Below are positions 18,592 through 30,300 of a DNA stretch of 64,000 nt, piece by piece. This stretch comes from a virus (lineage: Duplodnaviria > Caudoviricetes), in IMG/VR virus record IMGVR_UViG_3300012983_000034, positions 45,935-109,934 of that record. The stretch is one strand, 5' to 3'. A program made the translations under genes and the position numbers. The stretch's first letter is position 1, and every line of letters begins with the position of its first letter. The notes below the pieces were generated by a model, which saw only the letters and a list, made by a program, of their open reading frames with translations, was not told the origin of the DNA and ran no database searches.

Positions 18592-19044
18592 TTAATTGTT
18601 GGTACTACCAAACCCACCAACTCTAACAGCATCAGTGTTGCCATTATCTGCAACTAAGAAATTAAAGAATGCTCCTTGCGCAATTCTTTCGCCCTTCTTA
18701 ATGAATTGTACATCGCTACTAATATTCTTTAAGAAAACGCCGATATTTCCATCATTACCCTCGTTAGAATAGTAATCTGCATCAATCCAGCCAGAAGTAT
18801 TTGCAAGCATAAACTTACCACCCATAGAGCTGCGAACATTAATAATAAGACATTCATTATCTTGCATATATGCTTTTACATCAGTCCATACTTTTGCAAT
18901 GGAGTTCGGTTCAATTATATAATCATCATTTGCATAGAAATCATATGCCATTGCAGTACTAGAACCTCTGGTGGGCAATATAACTTCACCTTTGGTTTTT
19001 CTCTTATCATCAACTACAACTTCAAACCCTCTAATCTTATTCAT
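18592..19044 (-). CDS. dut: Trimeric dUTPase
   Basis: AYDF, RSS, GWIDADY, RIAQG, RVGGFGST motifs. Confidence 0.93.
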   Translation of the reverse strand: MNKIRGFEVVVDDKRKTKGEVILPTRGSSTAMAYDFYANDDYIIEPNSIAKVWTDVKAYMQDNECLIINVRSSMGGKFMLANTSGWIDADYYSNEGNDGNIGVFLKNISSDVQFIKKGERIAQGAFFNFLVADNGNTDAVRVGGFGSTNN

Positions 19045-19086
19045 TTAATATCTCTCCCAATATAATTTTAATTGTATAAAACTTAA

Positions 19087-19932
19087 TTAAACCTTTTTAA
19101 TATCAACAACGTATCCTTTATATTTGCTTAACACAGCCATATTGCCCATCTTCCTTGCCGTAGAATTTAATTTTGCAATATCAACAATAAACTCACACCG
19201 ACAACCATTTGCTTTGCCAGTTTTATTTGCCGCATCAGTATGTCTATTAGATTTAATATCGCCAACTACAACTTTAAAACTATTTCCGTTTGCACAAGTT
19301 ACAATAGCAGTCTCTCCAACTGAAATTCCCCATCCAGTTCCAATCGCCACCATTGGGATTCCATTAATACATCTAACACCGTCAGAATCGGTTGTGGCTT
19401 GTTGTTGCAGCTTCCACTGCTTACTTGATTTACTTGTTATTGCCTTATAAGACATGTAAGTTTTAAAGTCTCTAGGCGTTGTAGTTGTGGTTGTAGTTGT
19501 AGTTGTAGTTGTAGTTGTATTATTAGTATTGTTCGTTGTATTGCTATCGGTCTTATTCGTAGTTGTGCTATTAGTCTTTTTTGATTTTGTAGTCGTATTC
19601 GACTTATTCAATTTAACAATCTTCTCTTCAAGCTCTTTAACCTTTGAAGTCAATTCTTGAACCTGAATATTCATAGCGTCATTATCTTGTTGCAATTTTT
19701 TACCTGCGTCTTCAAGTTTGACAATATTAGCATTTAAATTTTTATTGTCATTTTTTAATTTTTCAATATTATTTTTTTGCGCTGCAATTGTTGCTTCCAA
19801 TCTATTATTTAATGCATTATATTCTGAGTTTTTATATGCAAGATTTGCAACAACAAAAAGCATAACAAATAATAGAATAATAATTACAACATTAATAATC
19901 TTTTTAGTACAATAGTTTGTTTTAAAATTCAT
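19087..19932 (-). CDS. Membrane-anchored coiled-coil protein with Thr-rich linker and putative cell-wall-acting C-terminal domain
   Basis: TM helix, coiled coil, poly-Thr, 'FKTYMSYKAIT..S.QWKLQ' domain. Confidence 0.65.
   Translation of the reverse strand: MNFKTNYCTKKIINVVIIILLFVMLFVVANLAYKNSEYNALNNRLEATIAAQKNNIEKLKNDNKNLNANIVKLEDAGKKLQQDNDAMNIQVQELTSKVKELEEKIVKLNKSNTTTKSKKTNSTTTNKTDSNTTNNTNNTTTTTTTTTTTTTTPRDFKTYMSYKAITSKSSKQWKLQQQATTDSDGVRCINGIPMVAIGTGWGISVGETAIVTCANGNSFKVVVGDIKSNRHTDAANKTGKANGCRCEFIVDIAKLNSTARKMGNMAVLSKYKGYVVDIKKV
19478..19518. repeat. (GTAGTT)n-like microsatellite encoding poly-Thr
   Basis: gttgtagttgtggttgtagttgtagttgtagttgtagttgt. Confidence 0.8.
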
Positions 19933-19952
19933 ATTTTCACCTCTTATACTTT

Positions 19953-20156
19953 CTATTCAACTATTAAATTATATAATTCACAATGACACATTCCTGCTCT
20001 ACCTTCACTAATTTGGTCTCTAAAATCTTTGCACATACACATATTGTCGTCATTAAATGTTATGGCACAAGCACAATGTCCATTGTTTTCTTTGATTTTT
20101 TCACGAACTTCTTTTGCAAAGTTTTTATCTGGATTTGTTACTATCTTAATCATCAA
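19953..20156 (-). CDS. Ferredoxin:thioredoxin reductase catalytic-subunit-like protein
   Basis: CAC..CMC..CHC triad matching FTR CPC/CPC/CHC. Confidence 0.75.
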   Translation of the reverse strand: MMIKIVTNPDKNFAKEVREKIKENNGHCACAITFNDDNMCMCKDFRDQISEGRAGMCHCELYNLIVE

Positions 20157-20629
20157 CTAATCCTCTCTGCGTATTGATTGTCGCTGGCTAAGAATATCCC
20201 CAGCGTTTCGTCATAATGAGACTTTTGATTCGGAATAAATCTACCAAACTTAATAATGATATTGTTATAATTTTGTCTCAAATATTCTACATTATCGCTT
20301 ATTTCTGCTTCGTACCATCCAGTATAAATAACAATGTCGTCTTGTGTATGTTGTCTAAAAGTATGTATTAGCATACATAAGTCTTCCCATCTATCGAATG
20401 GTTCTAAGCCCCCTATGACAACTGCGTTTGTTATATTATTTTTTAGATACCTATTCACAATTGACTCGTAAGTTATATCAATTGGTTTGGATGTGGCAAG
20501 AGGCTTGTTTTGACACATCTTCTTGCCACACTCCATTTCGCATTTCCAAGTGCAAGTTGGAAACCCTATAAACATTGAAGCTTTTTTATAATTTGTAAAA
20601 TCTTCATCAATTAATTGTTTTATAATCAT
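20153..20629 (-). CDS. nrdG: Anaerobic ribonucleotide reductase activase (radical SAM)
   Basis: Cys cluster, GGLEP, IYTG, LASDNQ; follows nrdD. Confidence 0.85.
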   Translation of the reverse strand: MIIKQLIDEDFTNYKKASMFIGFPTCTWKCEMECGKKMCQNKPLATSKPIDITYESIVNRYLKNNITNAVVIGGLEPFDRWEDLCMLIHTFRQHTQDDIVIYTGWYEAEISDNVEYLRQNYNNIIIKFGRFIPNQKSHYDETLGIFLASDNQYAERIS

Positions 20630-22570
20630 TTAATCACTCATCACAGAAGTTTCGCCATACATTACACCAGTGTCATACCACTGTCTTGCTGAAAATTCTT
20701 TATATCTTTCTTTGCTATAAGACTTAGAAGGTGTTAAAAATCCTACTACTCTCTGATATGTATCAGACTTCTCTTCTCCGCATTCTGGGCAAATATCAGT
20801 TCCTACAAAACCGTGATGATTTTTGCATACATTAATCTTTGTATTGTAGCAGAAATAAATAACGCCTTGGCTTGCAATATAATTTAACATCTCCCAAGCC
20901 ATATCAGTATTGGGGAAATTATTGTCAATATTAATATGAGCAATGGCACCGCCAGAACACTTGTTATCAAGAATTGCGCTAGTTCTAATCTTTTCGTTGA
21001 TTGTACATTTTTCAGTAAGAGGTATCCACTGATTACTATAAATAAAGTCATCGCTCTTGCCGAACATTACATTATCTTTCGCACAAAGATTTACCGCTGC
21101 TCTTTCAGCAGGTACACTCTCGATGTTAAAAGAGTATTCGTCTGTAAAGTTGTCTTTAATGTCGTTTAAAACATTAAAAATCTTTTCTGAAAATTCAATA
21201 GCCTTATCAGTATAGAACTTATTACCAAATTCGTCAGTTGTAATATATCCAAACTTATCCATTACCTCGTATAATCCAAGGATTCCAACGGTACAATACT
21301 GCTTGTCCATTTCGATTCCGCCATTATCATAGTTAGGCAAAAGACCCTTTTCAATATTTCTCTTAATAATATGTCTAACTCTGTCAAGTGTTTTACAGCA
21401 CAAAGTAGTTCTCTTTTTAAGAATATTAAGATACTTCTTTTCGCTAATCTCTTCTTCAATTTCATAGAAGATGTGTACAAGATTAATGGTATTTACCTTT
21501 ACAGAGCCAATACTCAGAGCTGTTCCACCGATACTATTAATAAATCCCTTAAGTTTTGTTGTATCAGATAAAAGTCTACAACAATTACTCAGAGTTGTTA
21601 CATCTCCACTTACAAAGAAGTTGCTGTCATTCCACTTGCAGTTATGGTCTGAGCACCATCTTGCAAAGTCTTCATCAACAAATTTGCCATCTTTATATAA
21701 CAGACTATAAGTTAATACAGGAAAGGTAAACATGTTCTCTTGTCTGATTTCAGAAACAACTTCCATAAATATCTTTTGATGTTCAATAAACTCATCTACA
21801 TAGTCAATGGCAAATGTACCATCAGGAAATTCAAGACCGCCAAAAAGAGCTTCATAATACTCTCTGTCAAAGATAGAAACATTTACAAAAGCGCTTTGGT
21901 CAATTCTCATAAAAGGCTGATTTAATCTATAAATCAACTTTTGAAAAGACTGTCTAATGTAATAATCAGGATTATTAATGATATATCCAGTCTCACAATC
22001 TCTCTTCCAGAAATAATATGTCCAAACAAGGATATTGGGAATGCCAACCGCTCCAGAAGACCTGTTGCTCATAAAACTAATAAACTCAATAACATCGTCT
22101 ACAAATGTTGTAAGATGTTTAGGAGGCTGAGAATTATAATTCTTCAAAAAGAACAAACCTTCTCTTGCAAGTCTTCCAAGGTCATATGCATAGCAGTAAG
22201 GAACATATGTAGTAGACGGAAAGTCGTGAAGATAAAAGCCACCAGTATATTCTGTTTCAAGCCATTCTTTTGCCGTCTTTAAACCATATTTCTTTTTAAT
22301 TTCATAAAAAATCTTATTTGCAGCAATTACCTTATCAATAGACTTACCCTTCTCGCTACGAAAAGATGCAATATCCTTATTTGATGCATTTGCATTTGCA
22401 TCAATTGTTACATCTGCAACGTTCTTATCTACGAAAGCATCTATAAAATCTGAAAAATTCATTTGAGAATCGTGAATACCATTTAGAATCTCAAAATCTT
22501 CACCATATTTTTCTCTTAGCGAATTCAACGCTCTTTCAAAATCTTTATTAAATTTGAGTTCAACATTCAT
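20630..22570 (-). CDS. nrdD: Class III anaerobic ribonucleoside-triphosphate reductase
   Basis: YLHD, NCCRL, C-terminal Zn site, RVVGF glycyl-radical motif. Confidence 0.93.
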   Translation of the reverse strand: MNVELKFNKDFERALNSLREKYGEDFEILNGIHDSQMNFSDFIDAFVDKNVADVTIDANANASNKDIASFRSEKGKSIDKVIAANKIFYEIKKKYGLKTAKEWLETEYTGGFYLHDFPSTTYVPYCYAYDLGRLAREGLFFLKNYNSQPPKHLTTFVDDVIEFISFMSNRSSGAVGIPNILVWTYYFWKRDCETGYIINNPDYYIRQSFQKLIYRLNQPFMRIDQSAFVNVSIFDREYYEALFGGLEFPDGTFAIDYVDEFIEHQKIFMEVVSEIRQENMFTFPVLTYSLLYKDGKFVDEDFARWCSDHNCKWNDSNFFVSGDVTTLSNCCRLLSDTTKLKGFINSIGGTALSIGSVKVNTINLVHIFYEIEEEISEKKYLNILKKRTTLCCKTLDRVRHIIKRNIEKGLLPNYDNGGIEMDKQYCTVGILGLYEVMDKFGYITTDEFGNKFYTDKAIEFSEKIFNVLNDIKDNFTDEYSFNIESVPAERAAVNLCAKDNVMFGKSDDFIYSNQWIPLTEKCTINEKIRTSAILDNKCSGGAIAHINIDNNFPNTDMAWEMLNYIASQGVIYFCYNTKINVCKNHHGFVGTDICPECGEEKSDTYQRVVGFLTPSKSYSKERYKEFSARQWYDTGVMYGETSVMSD

Positions 22571-22573
22571 ATT

Positions 22574-22774
22574 TTACTGCTCCTTAATCCAATTAACTGC
22601 GTCCTTAAAATTATAAACAACACCGTCTACTTCAAGTACTGGAGCTGCCTTAAACCCCTTTTGAGTCATCAATTCTACATCGTTGATTTCTTCAAAACTA
22701 ATATTCTTTTGATTTAACTTTGTTTTGAGAACCTTACACATCGGACAGTTTGTACTATAAAATACAATATTCAT
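22574..22774 (-). CDS. Glutaredoxin/NrdH-like redoxin
   Basis: CPMC motif, APVLEVDG. Confidence 0.85.
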   Translation of the reverse strand: MNIVFYSTNCPMCKVLKTKLNQKNISFEEINDVELMTQKGFKAAPVLEVDGVVYNFKDAVNWIKEQ

Positions 22775-22799
22775 AATTATATTTCCTCCTATATATTTA

Positions 22800-24773
22800 T
22801 TACTTTAACATTTCAATCAAATCTTCTTCAGAAATAATTGGAATGTTTAATTCTCTTGCCTTTTTGTTCTTACCGCTTGTAGAGTTAATATCATTATTTA
22901 CCAGATAAGAAGTTTTTGTTGAAACAGAACCGCCCACTTTTCCGCCAGCAGATTCTATCTTCTTTACAGCTTCATCTCTATTAGCAAAATGATTAAGAGA
23001 ACCAGTAATTACAAAGATAAGACCATTCAACTTGTTACTTCCAACAACTTCTTCGTCCTCTTCAAACTCTAATTCGTCAGCAATCTTTCTTATTTCATCA
23101 ATATGGTCTTGAATAAACTCATCAATCTTTGACGCTGTTTGAATACCAATTCCATCAAGCTCTTCCCAATCAAAGCTTGGCGCTCTTACAATAAAATCTT
23201 CATAATTATTAAAGCGTGAAGCAATTGTTTTTGCCGTACTACGACCTACATCTGGAATGCTCAATGCATAAATAAATTTATCAAGAGTAGTGTTTTTTGA
23301 TTTTTCAATAGAATCAAGCAGCTTTTTTACTGACTTTTCACCGAAACCATCAAGCACAACCATTTCTTCTTTATTAACATCTAAATAGAATATATCAATA
23401 AAATTAGTCAGCCAGTCAAGTTCGATGAACTTTTCTAGCGTCTGCTCCGAAAGACCATCGATGTTCATTGCATTCTTAGAAACAAAGTGAGTTAACTTGC
23501 CAAGCAATTTGCCTTTACAGTTGTCATTAGTGCATACAAGAATCTTTGAATCGTTATCTTGTTTAATTTCTGTATCGCCACCACAAACAGGACATACAGA
23601 CGGAATAGAGATGTAATCAGATTCCTTTCCTAATGCCAATCTTTCATCGGCAGAAACATTTCTTTTTACTTGAGGAATTATCATATTCGATTTTATTACT
23701 TCAATAGTATCTCCAATATGTAAATCTAACTTTGTAAGAATGGAAATGTTGTGAACAGACGCTCTTTCAACAGTCGTACCATCTATCTCAACAGATTCGA
23801 AAATTGCTGTTGGAGTAATCTGTCCAGTCTTACCTACTGTCCAATCAATGTCAACCAACTTAGTTCTATGTACATCATCTTTTCTCTTATAAGCAATGCC
23901 GTTTTTAAAATGATGACTTGTTGCACCAAGAGATTTGCCATATTCAATATTATCAAATTTTACTACTACGCCATCATTAGGAAAGCCATTTTCTTCTGCA
24001 TAATCAAATACATAGTCAATATTGCTCTGAAGATTTTTAGGATGCAAAGCATTTGAAGAATTAGGATTATACCAAAACGGAACAATGTCAAAACCTAAAT
24101 CTCTTGCTTCACACAAGTTATCTTTGAGACTATTACATCCGCCCTCTACTATATCCCAAGCAAAAAACTTTAATCTTCTCTTTGCCACCAAAGATGTATC
24201 TAAAACAGAAAGAGTACCAGCGGCAAGATTACGAGAGTTTTTAAACTCACCATCTTTATTAATTTCAGAAAAATCTTCATCGGTAATGATTGCCTCCCCA
24301 TCTATAGTATATGTACCGCTTTTATTAATTTTAAATGGAACATTTTTAAACTGTTTGATATGCTCAGTGATATCAGAACCAACATATCCATTACCTCTTG
24401 TTTCTGCGCTTGCGAGAACGCCATCTTTATATGTAATAGACACCGTAAGACCATCAAGTTTAACACTCACAACCGTTTCTTTATTATTAATAAATTTTAG
24501 AAGTTCTTCGATTGTATGACATTTCTCTAAGCTTAACATTGGATGAGAATGCTCAACTTCTTTTAATTCAGTTAATACTTTGGCACCAACATTAATTGTT
24601 GGAGAATTAGAAAGCACAAACCCAGTTTCTTCTTCAAACTGTCTCAAGTCTTCAAGCCTGATATCAAACTGTTCATCTGTCATAATAGGAGTTCCAGTAT
24701 TATAATATGCTTCAGATGCCTCGTTTAAGATAGAGACCATACTTTTCATCATATCTAATTCAATTTTGTTCAT
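22800..24773 (-). CDS. ligA: NAD-dependent DNA ligase
   Basis: KLDG, RGNG, Zn finger, HhH, BRCT. Confidence 0.96.
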   Translation of the reverse strand: MNKIELDMMKSMVSILNEASEAYYNTGTPIMTDEQFDIRLEDLRQFEEETGFVLSNSPTINVGAKVLTELKEVEHSHPMLSLEKCHTIEELLKFINNKETVVSVKLDGLTVSITYKDGVLASAETRGNGYVGSDITEHIKQFKNVPFKINKSGTYTIDGEAIITDEDFSEINKDGEFKNSRNLAAGTLSVLDTSLVAKRRLKFFAWDIVEGGCNSLKDNLCEARDLGFDIVPFWYNPNSSNALHPKNLQSNIDYVFDYAEENGFPNDGVVVKFDNIEYGKSLGATSHHFKNGIAYKRKDDVHRTKLVDIDWTVGKTGQITPTAIFESVEIDGTTVERASVHNISILTKLDLHIGDTIEVIKSNMIIPQVKRNVSADERLALGKESDYISIPSVCPVCGGDTEIKQDNDSKILVCTNDNCKGKLLGKLTHFVSKNAMNIDGLSEQTLEKFIELDWLTNFIDIFYLDVNKEEMVVLDGFGEKSVKKLLDSIEKSKNTTLDKFIYALSIPDVGRSTAKTIASRFNNYEDFIVRAPSFDWEELDGIGIQTASKIDEFIQDHIDEIRKIADELEFEEDEEVVGSNKLNGLIFVITGSLNHFANRDEAVKKIESAGGKVGGSVSTKTSYLVNNDINSTSGKNKKARELNIPIISEEDLIEMLK

Positions 24774-24784
24774 TACCCATCTCC

Positions 24785-24958
24785 TTAAAACATAACAATT
24801 CTTTCATCAATCAAGTACGATTCACACTGAGAGAAATCAGTGTTTACCTGCTTACTACAATTTTCAATTTCTTTCTCATTGCAGAAATCTTTGTTCTTGT
24901 CGTAATAATGACAGGTACGACACTTAAGACTACATTTCTTTGCTTTGCATTCGCTCAT
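24785..24958 (-). CDS. 57-aa Cys-rich hypothetical protein
   Basis: GAAGGTG RBS; MSECKAKKCSLKCRTC... Confidence 0.55.
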   Translation of the reverse strand: MSECKAKKCSLKCRTCHYYDKNKDFCNEKEIENCSKQVNTDFSQCESYLIDERIVMF

Positions 24959-25035
24959 TTCTTCACCTTCTTTATATAACCTTATTAGTTTAAGAGTTGA
25001 AATGTATTTAACAACTCTTAAACTGTTGTGATGAT

Positions 25036-25064
25036 ATTATACATCAAAATTAGTTATTTGTCAA
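25036..25064 (-). promoter_or_regulatory. Consensus sigmaA promoter
   Basis: TTGACA-N17-TATAAT. Confidence 0.85.
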
Positions 25065-25072
25065 TAGTTTTT

Positions 25073-27316
25073 TCAATTTTTTAAAAATTTTTGCATAAAT
25101 GTATGGCGTGTGAGGTTCTCCTTCTTCTTAACCGCCTGATTCACACTTTGCAAACTACCTAAATGATACAACTTTTCTTTCATACGGGTTAAACCAACAT
25201 ACAGTAAATTTGAATTTAACATAAAGATATGTGACTGGGGAGAACATAAAATTACCGTTTTAAATCCGCCGCCCTGTGATTTATGAATGCTTATTGCATA
25301 TCCAAGCTTTACCATATTCATATCATTTCTATAATACTTAACACGAACACCATTAAAGTTTGCGATTATATAAGTATTATATATTTCTTCAATAATCGCA
25401 GTTTCGCCGTTAGCCACAAATGCTGTTTGAGGTTCATCATCAAAGCCCCAACCCACATCCTTTTCGTCTTTTACTAATTCTGCGTTGTAATTATTAACGG
25501 TCTGAAGAATCAAGTCGCCTTGATAATAAGTTGTTTCGCCAACCTTCATATTAATTTCACTTCCGTAGTTTGGATTAGCAACTCTTTGAATCATATTATT
25601 TAAAACGACAGAACCACAATCACCAACATTCTTAGCAGTTAATACCTGAATATCTTCAATACTGTTGCCATTATCCAATAACTTCTTGTACAATGCCACT
25701 ACATTTTTAGGAATTAATTCAGATGCTAAATCAATGAACATATAATCTTGATTATCACCAAATGTAGTTGCCTTAGACTTCATATCCTTTGTTAGATATT
25801 CTTTGCAACATCTTGTGTCGGTTGCAACACGCATCAAACCGCCACTTGAATATCTAAAAATCTTGTTCAATGTTACAGTAGGAATTATGTTTGCTTCCAT
25901 AAAGTCGTGAAGCAAATTGCCACACGATACGGATGGCAACTGTGCATTATCGCCAATCATAAGTAATTTAGTGTGCCTAAAATCAATTGCGTCAAGTAAC
26001 TTCTTAAACAACCAAATATCAACCATTGAAAATTCATCTACAATCACAATGTCACAATTAAGAGGTTGCTCCTCATTATATGTCCAAGTGTTAGGAGGAA
26101 TATAACCCAATCCTCTATGTATGGTTGAAGCAGGTTCATTAGTGTTCTCGTGTAATACCTTGGCAGCTCTACCAGTTGGACTCATTAACCTAAACGACTT
26201 ATTGTTATCTTTTAACATATTAATGATACCTTGTGTCGAAGCAGTCTTTCCTGCCCCTGCAAATCCATTAAGAATAGCAATATTGTTTCTACATACAACA
26301 TCTAGGATTTGCATTTGTTCATCGGACAATTCAAACTCCCCTACTTTCTTGTACTTATGAGTATCAAATTCCCATATATTATTTGAGCAATTTAAATTAT
26401 TGATAATTGTGTCAGCAATATATCTTTCAGTTTCATAAGTTTTACGAAGAGCAACAGTCATATCCTCTTTATTATAATAAATGTTATCGTCCTTAATAAC
26501 ATTAACAAAATGTTCAATACACGACGGAACAAGCTTTAAACATTGTTGTCTAAGGTCTGCAAGATTCATATTAGTGTGTCCTTCGTTTTCATTCTCTTCT
26601 AAGAGATATAGCATACAAGATAAACATCTATCTGGCGAAGTCTTAACATCATATTCAAAATTAATAATGTTTTCTTTCTGCAATTGAAGGATGATAGAAT
26701 CTGCCGTTTTGAAACCAATTCTACTTATTCTTGTTAATGCCGTATATGGCTGAGACTTTATTTTTTCTTTAAGTTTGTCAATCGAAGAATATTCATCATA
26801 AATCTTTTTGATAATACTCATAGACAAAACATTTTTAAATTCGATTACTAAATCCATAAGTGCAAAATTCGTTACTATCTTATCCTTAATAACCGCAAAT
26901 GTTTTTTCGCCTATTCCTTTTAGCTTAGACAGGTCTATATCGCCCAAATTATTGTCTTTAACTCTTTGAATAATGTCGGGATAATGTTCTACTAAAACCT
27001 TAGCCTGATTATATGTTAAGATTTCAGAAAGAAATAGAAATGTGCCTTCAGTAGTTGTAGGTATGTCACGCTTAATATTGATTACGTGATAACTTGTGCC
27101 ATACTTATTCACTTGTTCTTCGGCTGTAATTTCATATTCAACTCCAAGCGTAAGGTCGCTTAATTCGCCAAGGATGCTTACGTTGCCATATTTATTCTGC
27201 TTAATATCAGGATAATCTTTTTTATTTACATCGACAGCGTATATCTTATAATCTGGCGTGTCATAAGTACACCTAATAATTACCCCTTTAAATTTAAATT
27301 GTTTTATTTCACTCAT
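25073..27316 (-). CDS. recD2: RecD2-like SF1B helicase
   Basis: GFAGAGKT, VDEFSM, GDNAQL, YAISIHKSQG. Confidence 0.92.
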   Translation of the reverse strand: MSEIKQFKFKGVIIRCTYDTPDYKIYAVDVNKKDYPDIKQNKYGNVSILGELSDLTLGVEYEITAEEQVNKYGTSYHVINIKRDIPTTTEGTFLFLSEILTYNQAKVLVEHYPDIIQRVKDNNLGDIDLSKLKGIGEKTFAVIKDKIVTNFALMDLVIEFKNVLSMSIIKKIYDEYSSIDKLKEKIKSQPYTALTRISRIGFKTADSIILQLQKENIINFEYDVKTSPDRCLSCMLYLLEENENEGHTNMNLADLRQQCLKLVPSCIEHFVNVIKDDNIYYNKEDMTVALRKTYETERYIADTIINNLNCSNNIWEFDTHKYKKVGEFELSDEQMQILDVVCRNNIAILNGFAGAGKTASTQGIINMLKDNNKSFRLMSPTGRAAKVLHENTNEPASTIHRGLGYIPPNTWTYNEEQPLNCDIVIVDEFSMVDIWLFKKLLDAIDFRHTKLLMIGDNAQLPSVSCGNLLHDFMEANIIPTVTLNKIFRYSSGGLMRVATDTRCCKEYLTKDMKSKATTFGDNQDYMFIDLASELIPKNVVALYKKLLDNGNSIEDIQVLTAKNVGDCGSVVLNNMIQRVANPNYGSEINMKVGETTYYQGDLILQTVNNYNAELVKDEKDVGWGFDDEPQTAFVANGETAIIEEIYNTYIIANFNGVRVKYYRNDMNMVKLGYAISIHKSQGGGFKTVILCSPQSHIFMLNSNLLYVGLTRMKEKLYHLGSLQSVNQAVKKKENLTRHTFMQKFLKN

Positions 27317-30300
27317 TTAATTACCTCGTATTCAGCCATAACAATACGGGTTTCCTCACTGTCAACCCACTTATCTCCATCTTTTACCTTTTTATACTCA
27401 TATACAGTTACAGGCATATTAATTACTGAAAACAATCCAAATGGATTAGATTTAAATACATTAGACCTATTAACTCTTGTGTCGATTTTTTCACCATCAC
27501 ATATTCTATAAAGAGTACAATATGGACGAGTAGCGCTTTTACTATCGTCAAAATTTGTAACAATATAATAATGTTCTGATATATCTTTATTAGTATAGTT
27601 AGCATATCCAAGGAACTCAACCTCAGAAGAAATCTGTTCTACAATGCCAAGAGACTCATCACTTATTTGTTTGCACATCTCTTTTATCAAACCGTCATTA
27701 TCAATATCACGATACTGACTTTGGGTTTCTTTTCCAGAATATTTTGTCATAATATACTCTGTAACACCAAGCTCTTCCATCTTCTTTTTGGCAATAATTT
27801 TTGCATTAGCAAACTTATCGTAAATTTCGTTCATACCTAACAGATACTTATTATTACCAAAATCAGAAAAGAAGTTGAGTCGAATAAGAATGTCGAGTTG
27901 TCTTGAATTTAAAGTTGTTTTTTCTTTTATATCTCTTAATAAGTCTATAAAAGAACTATACTTGTTTTTAGATAATTCTAACAGCTCATTCGCCATTTGA
28001 GCATTGCAATATTTAATACTGCTAATACCTTTATAAATTGCATTATTTTCTTTATCTATGGTATAGAAGCTACCAGATTTGCCAAAGCGAATAGGTTTCA
28101 ATTCAATATTATGTTTTCTTGCATACTGTAATATTTCAAGGCATTTATCTGAATCGCCCTCATATATATTCAGAGCGGTTGTTACTGTTTCCAGTTTGTA
28201 ATAACATCTTAGCCAACCAACGACATACCCAAGAAAACTATAAGGTGTTGCGTGATTCAAAGAAAAGAGATACGAACTTGCATCAATAATGACTTGAATA
28301 AAGTTTTCAATGAGTCGATTCGACTCCTCTTCGTCAACACCGTATTTCTCTTTCATAGTTTTATTAAAACCTTCTTTAATCTTTGGTATAAATTTGTCGG
28401 TGCCAGTTTTCTTTGCAAAGCCTCTTCGTACAATGTCGGCTTCACCCATTGTATAACCACAAAAACTATGTAAGAATTCAATAATCTGTTCTTGATATAC
28501 CAAGTATCCAAGTGTTGGAGCAAGAAATTTATTTAATGCCTCGTGTCCATTATCACGGTATTCACCTCTTGATAGTTCATCACGATAACTCGCACCAGCA
28601 GGTCTAATAGCGCCATTTGCCATTGACATCAAATCTATATAGGAGAAGTTTTCGTTCTTTTCTTTGATTCTTGCAATTGTTTCATCGCTAAGCAGTTGCT
28701 TGATATAATCACCTGCATATGATGATTCAAACTGGAATATCATTGTACAATCATCTCTGATTTCATCCCAAACCTTTTTATCGTCAAATGAAATATTGTC
28801 TGGTGTGATTCTTGGAATGCCAGCCAAATCACAAGTTTCATTAATTAATCCTACGCAGTCAAGACCAAGGACATCTAGCTTAACGAACTGAAGACCATCT
28901 AACTCTTTCATATTAATTTGAGAAATCATATTTTCGTTTGTCTTTGTGCTACACAGACCAAACCATTCATCAATTGGAAACGGAGATACGACAAGTCCTG
29001 CTGGATGATTTCCAATAGAAACAATCGTACCTTTTACGATATCTACATACTTAAACAGTTCAGGATATTTCTTAATATAGAAATCATCAATGCAGTCTTG
29101 TTTGTTTTCGTCTTGATATACTGCATCGCTGATTGTTTGCGTTTCATCTACACTTAATCCCAACGCTCTACCAACATCTTTAATAGCGCCTTTTAATGCA
29201 ATGGTGTTGAATGTAATAATATCACAACAATACAAACCATCTTTATTAAATAAGTATTCTCTTACTTTGTATCTGTCTTTCTTGCTCCAGTCTGTATCAA
29301 CATCAGCAAGAGAAACACGTTCTTTGTTCATGAATCGTTCAAAGTTAAGACCGTATCTAATAGAGTCTACCTCTGTAATTCCAAGCAAATATGCAATTAT
29401 GCTTCCACTAACTGAACCTCTGGAATATCCATAGCTTACACCTTGTCTTTTTAGTTCTGACTTATAGTCTTCTTCAAGAAGCAAAAAGTCAATTGCGCCG
29501 TTATACTTGTAAGTTTCCAACTCATATTGAATCTTCTTTTTATATTCATTAAAGTTGTCATACTTATCAACACCTCTGTTTTTAATACCCTGTACAATCT
29601 TTTCTTTTAAAGCCTTTTCAGAATCGTTGTATAACTTTGGATACTTTTTTGAATAATCTAATTCAAATTTATCAATGGAGTTTGCCATTATATTAGTATT
29701 TTCAATGGCTTGTAAATAAACTTCTTCTGATAAAGCGTTCTGCTTTTTATATGCTTCAACCAATTCATCATATGTTTTAAATGTTAAGTCCCAAGACTCT
29801 TCATCGGAAAAGAATACATTCTTTGCCTTTTGCAGAATGCTTCTGCCCTCAATATGCGTATCATTTAAACAATGAGTATCAGTTCCTGCGATAAGCGGTA
29901 TACCAGTCTTTTGGTGAATCGCATAAAGAACCTTATTATACACAGCTTGGTCTGCACAGTTATGATGCTGTATTTCAAGATAACATCTATGTTTATTTTT
30001 AATTAAGAACTTTAAGAACTCTGTTTTTAAAGTGTTTTCAGCCTTGTTTAAAACTCCTCCTAAACAAGCTGTAGTAATAATAATGTTATCTGATGTAGCA
30101 TATAGTTCATCGAAGGTGATACGAGGCGCATAGTAATAATGGTAATCACTTCTATTAAAAGAGGCAGAAATTAATCTGTTTAATTCTTTAACGCCATCAT
30201 AATTTTTGGCAATTAAAACACAGTGATAATTATCTCTGTGTTTATCATCGATATCTTTGTCTGTCGTTAGATAAACTTCAGCAGCGTGTATGTATTTCAT

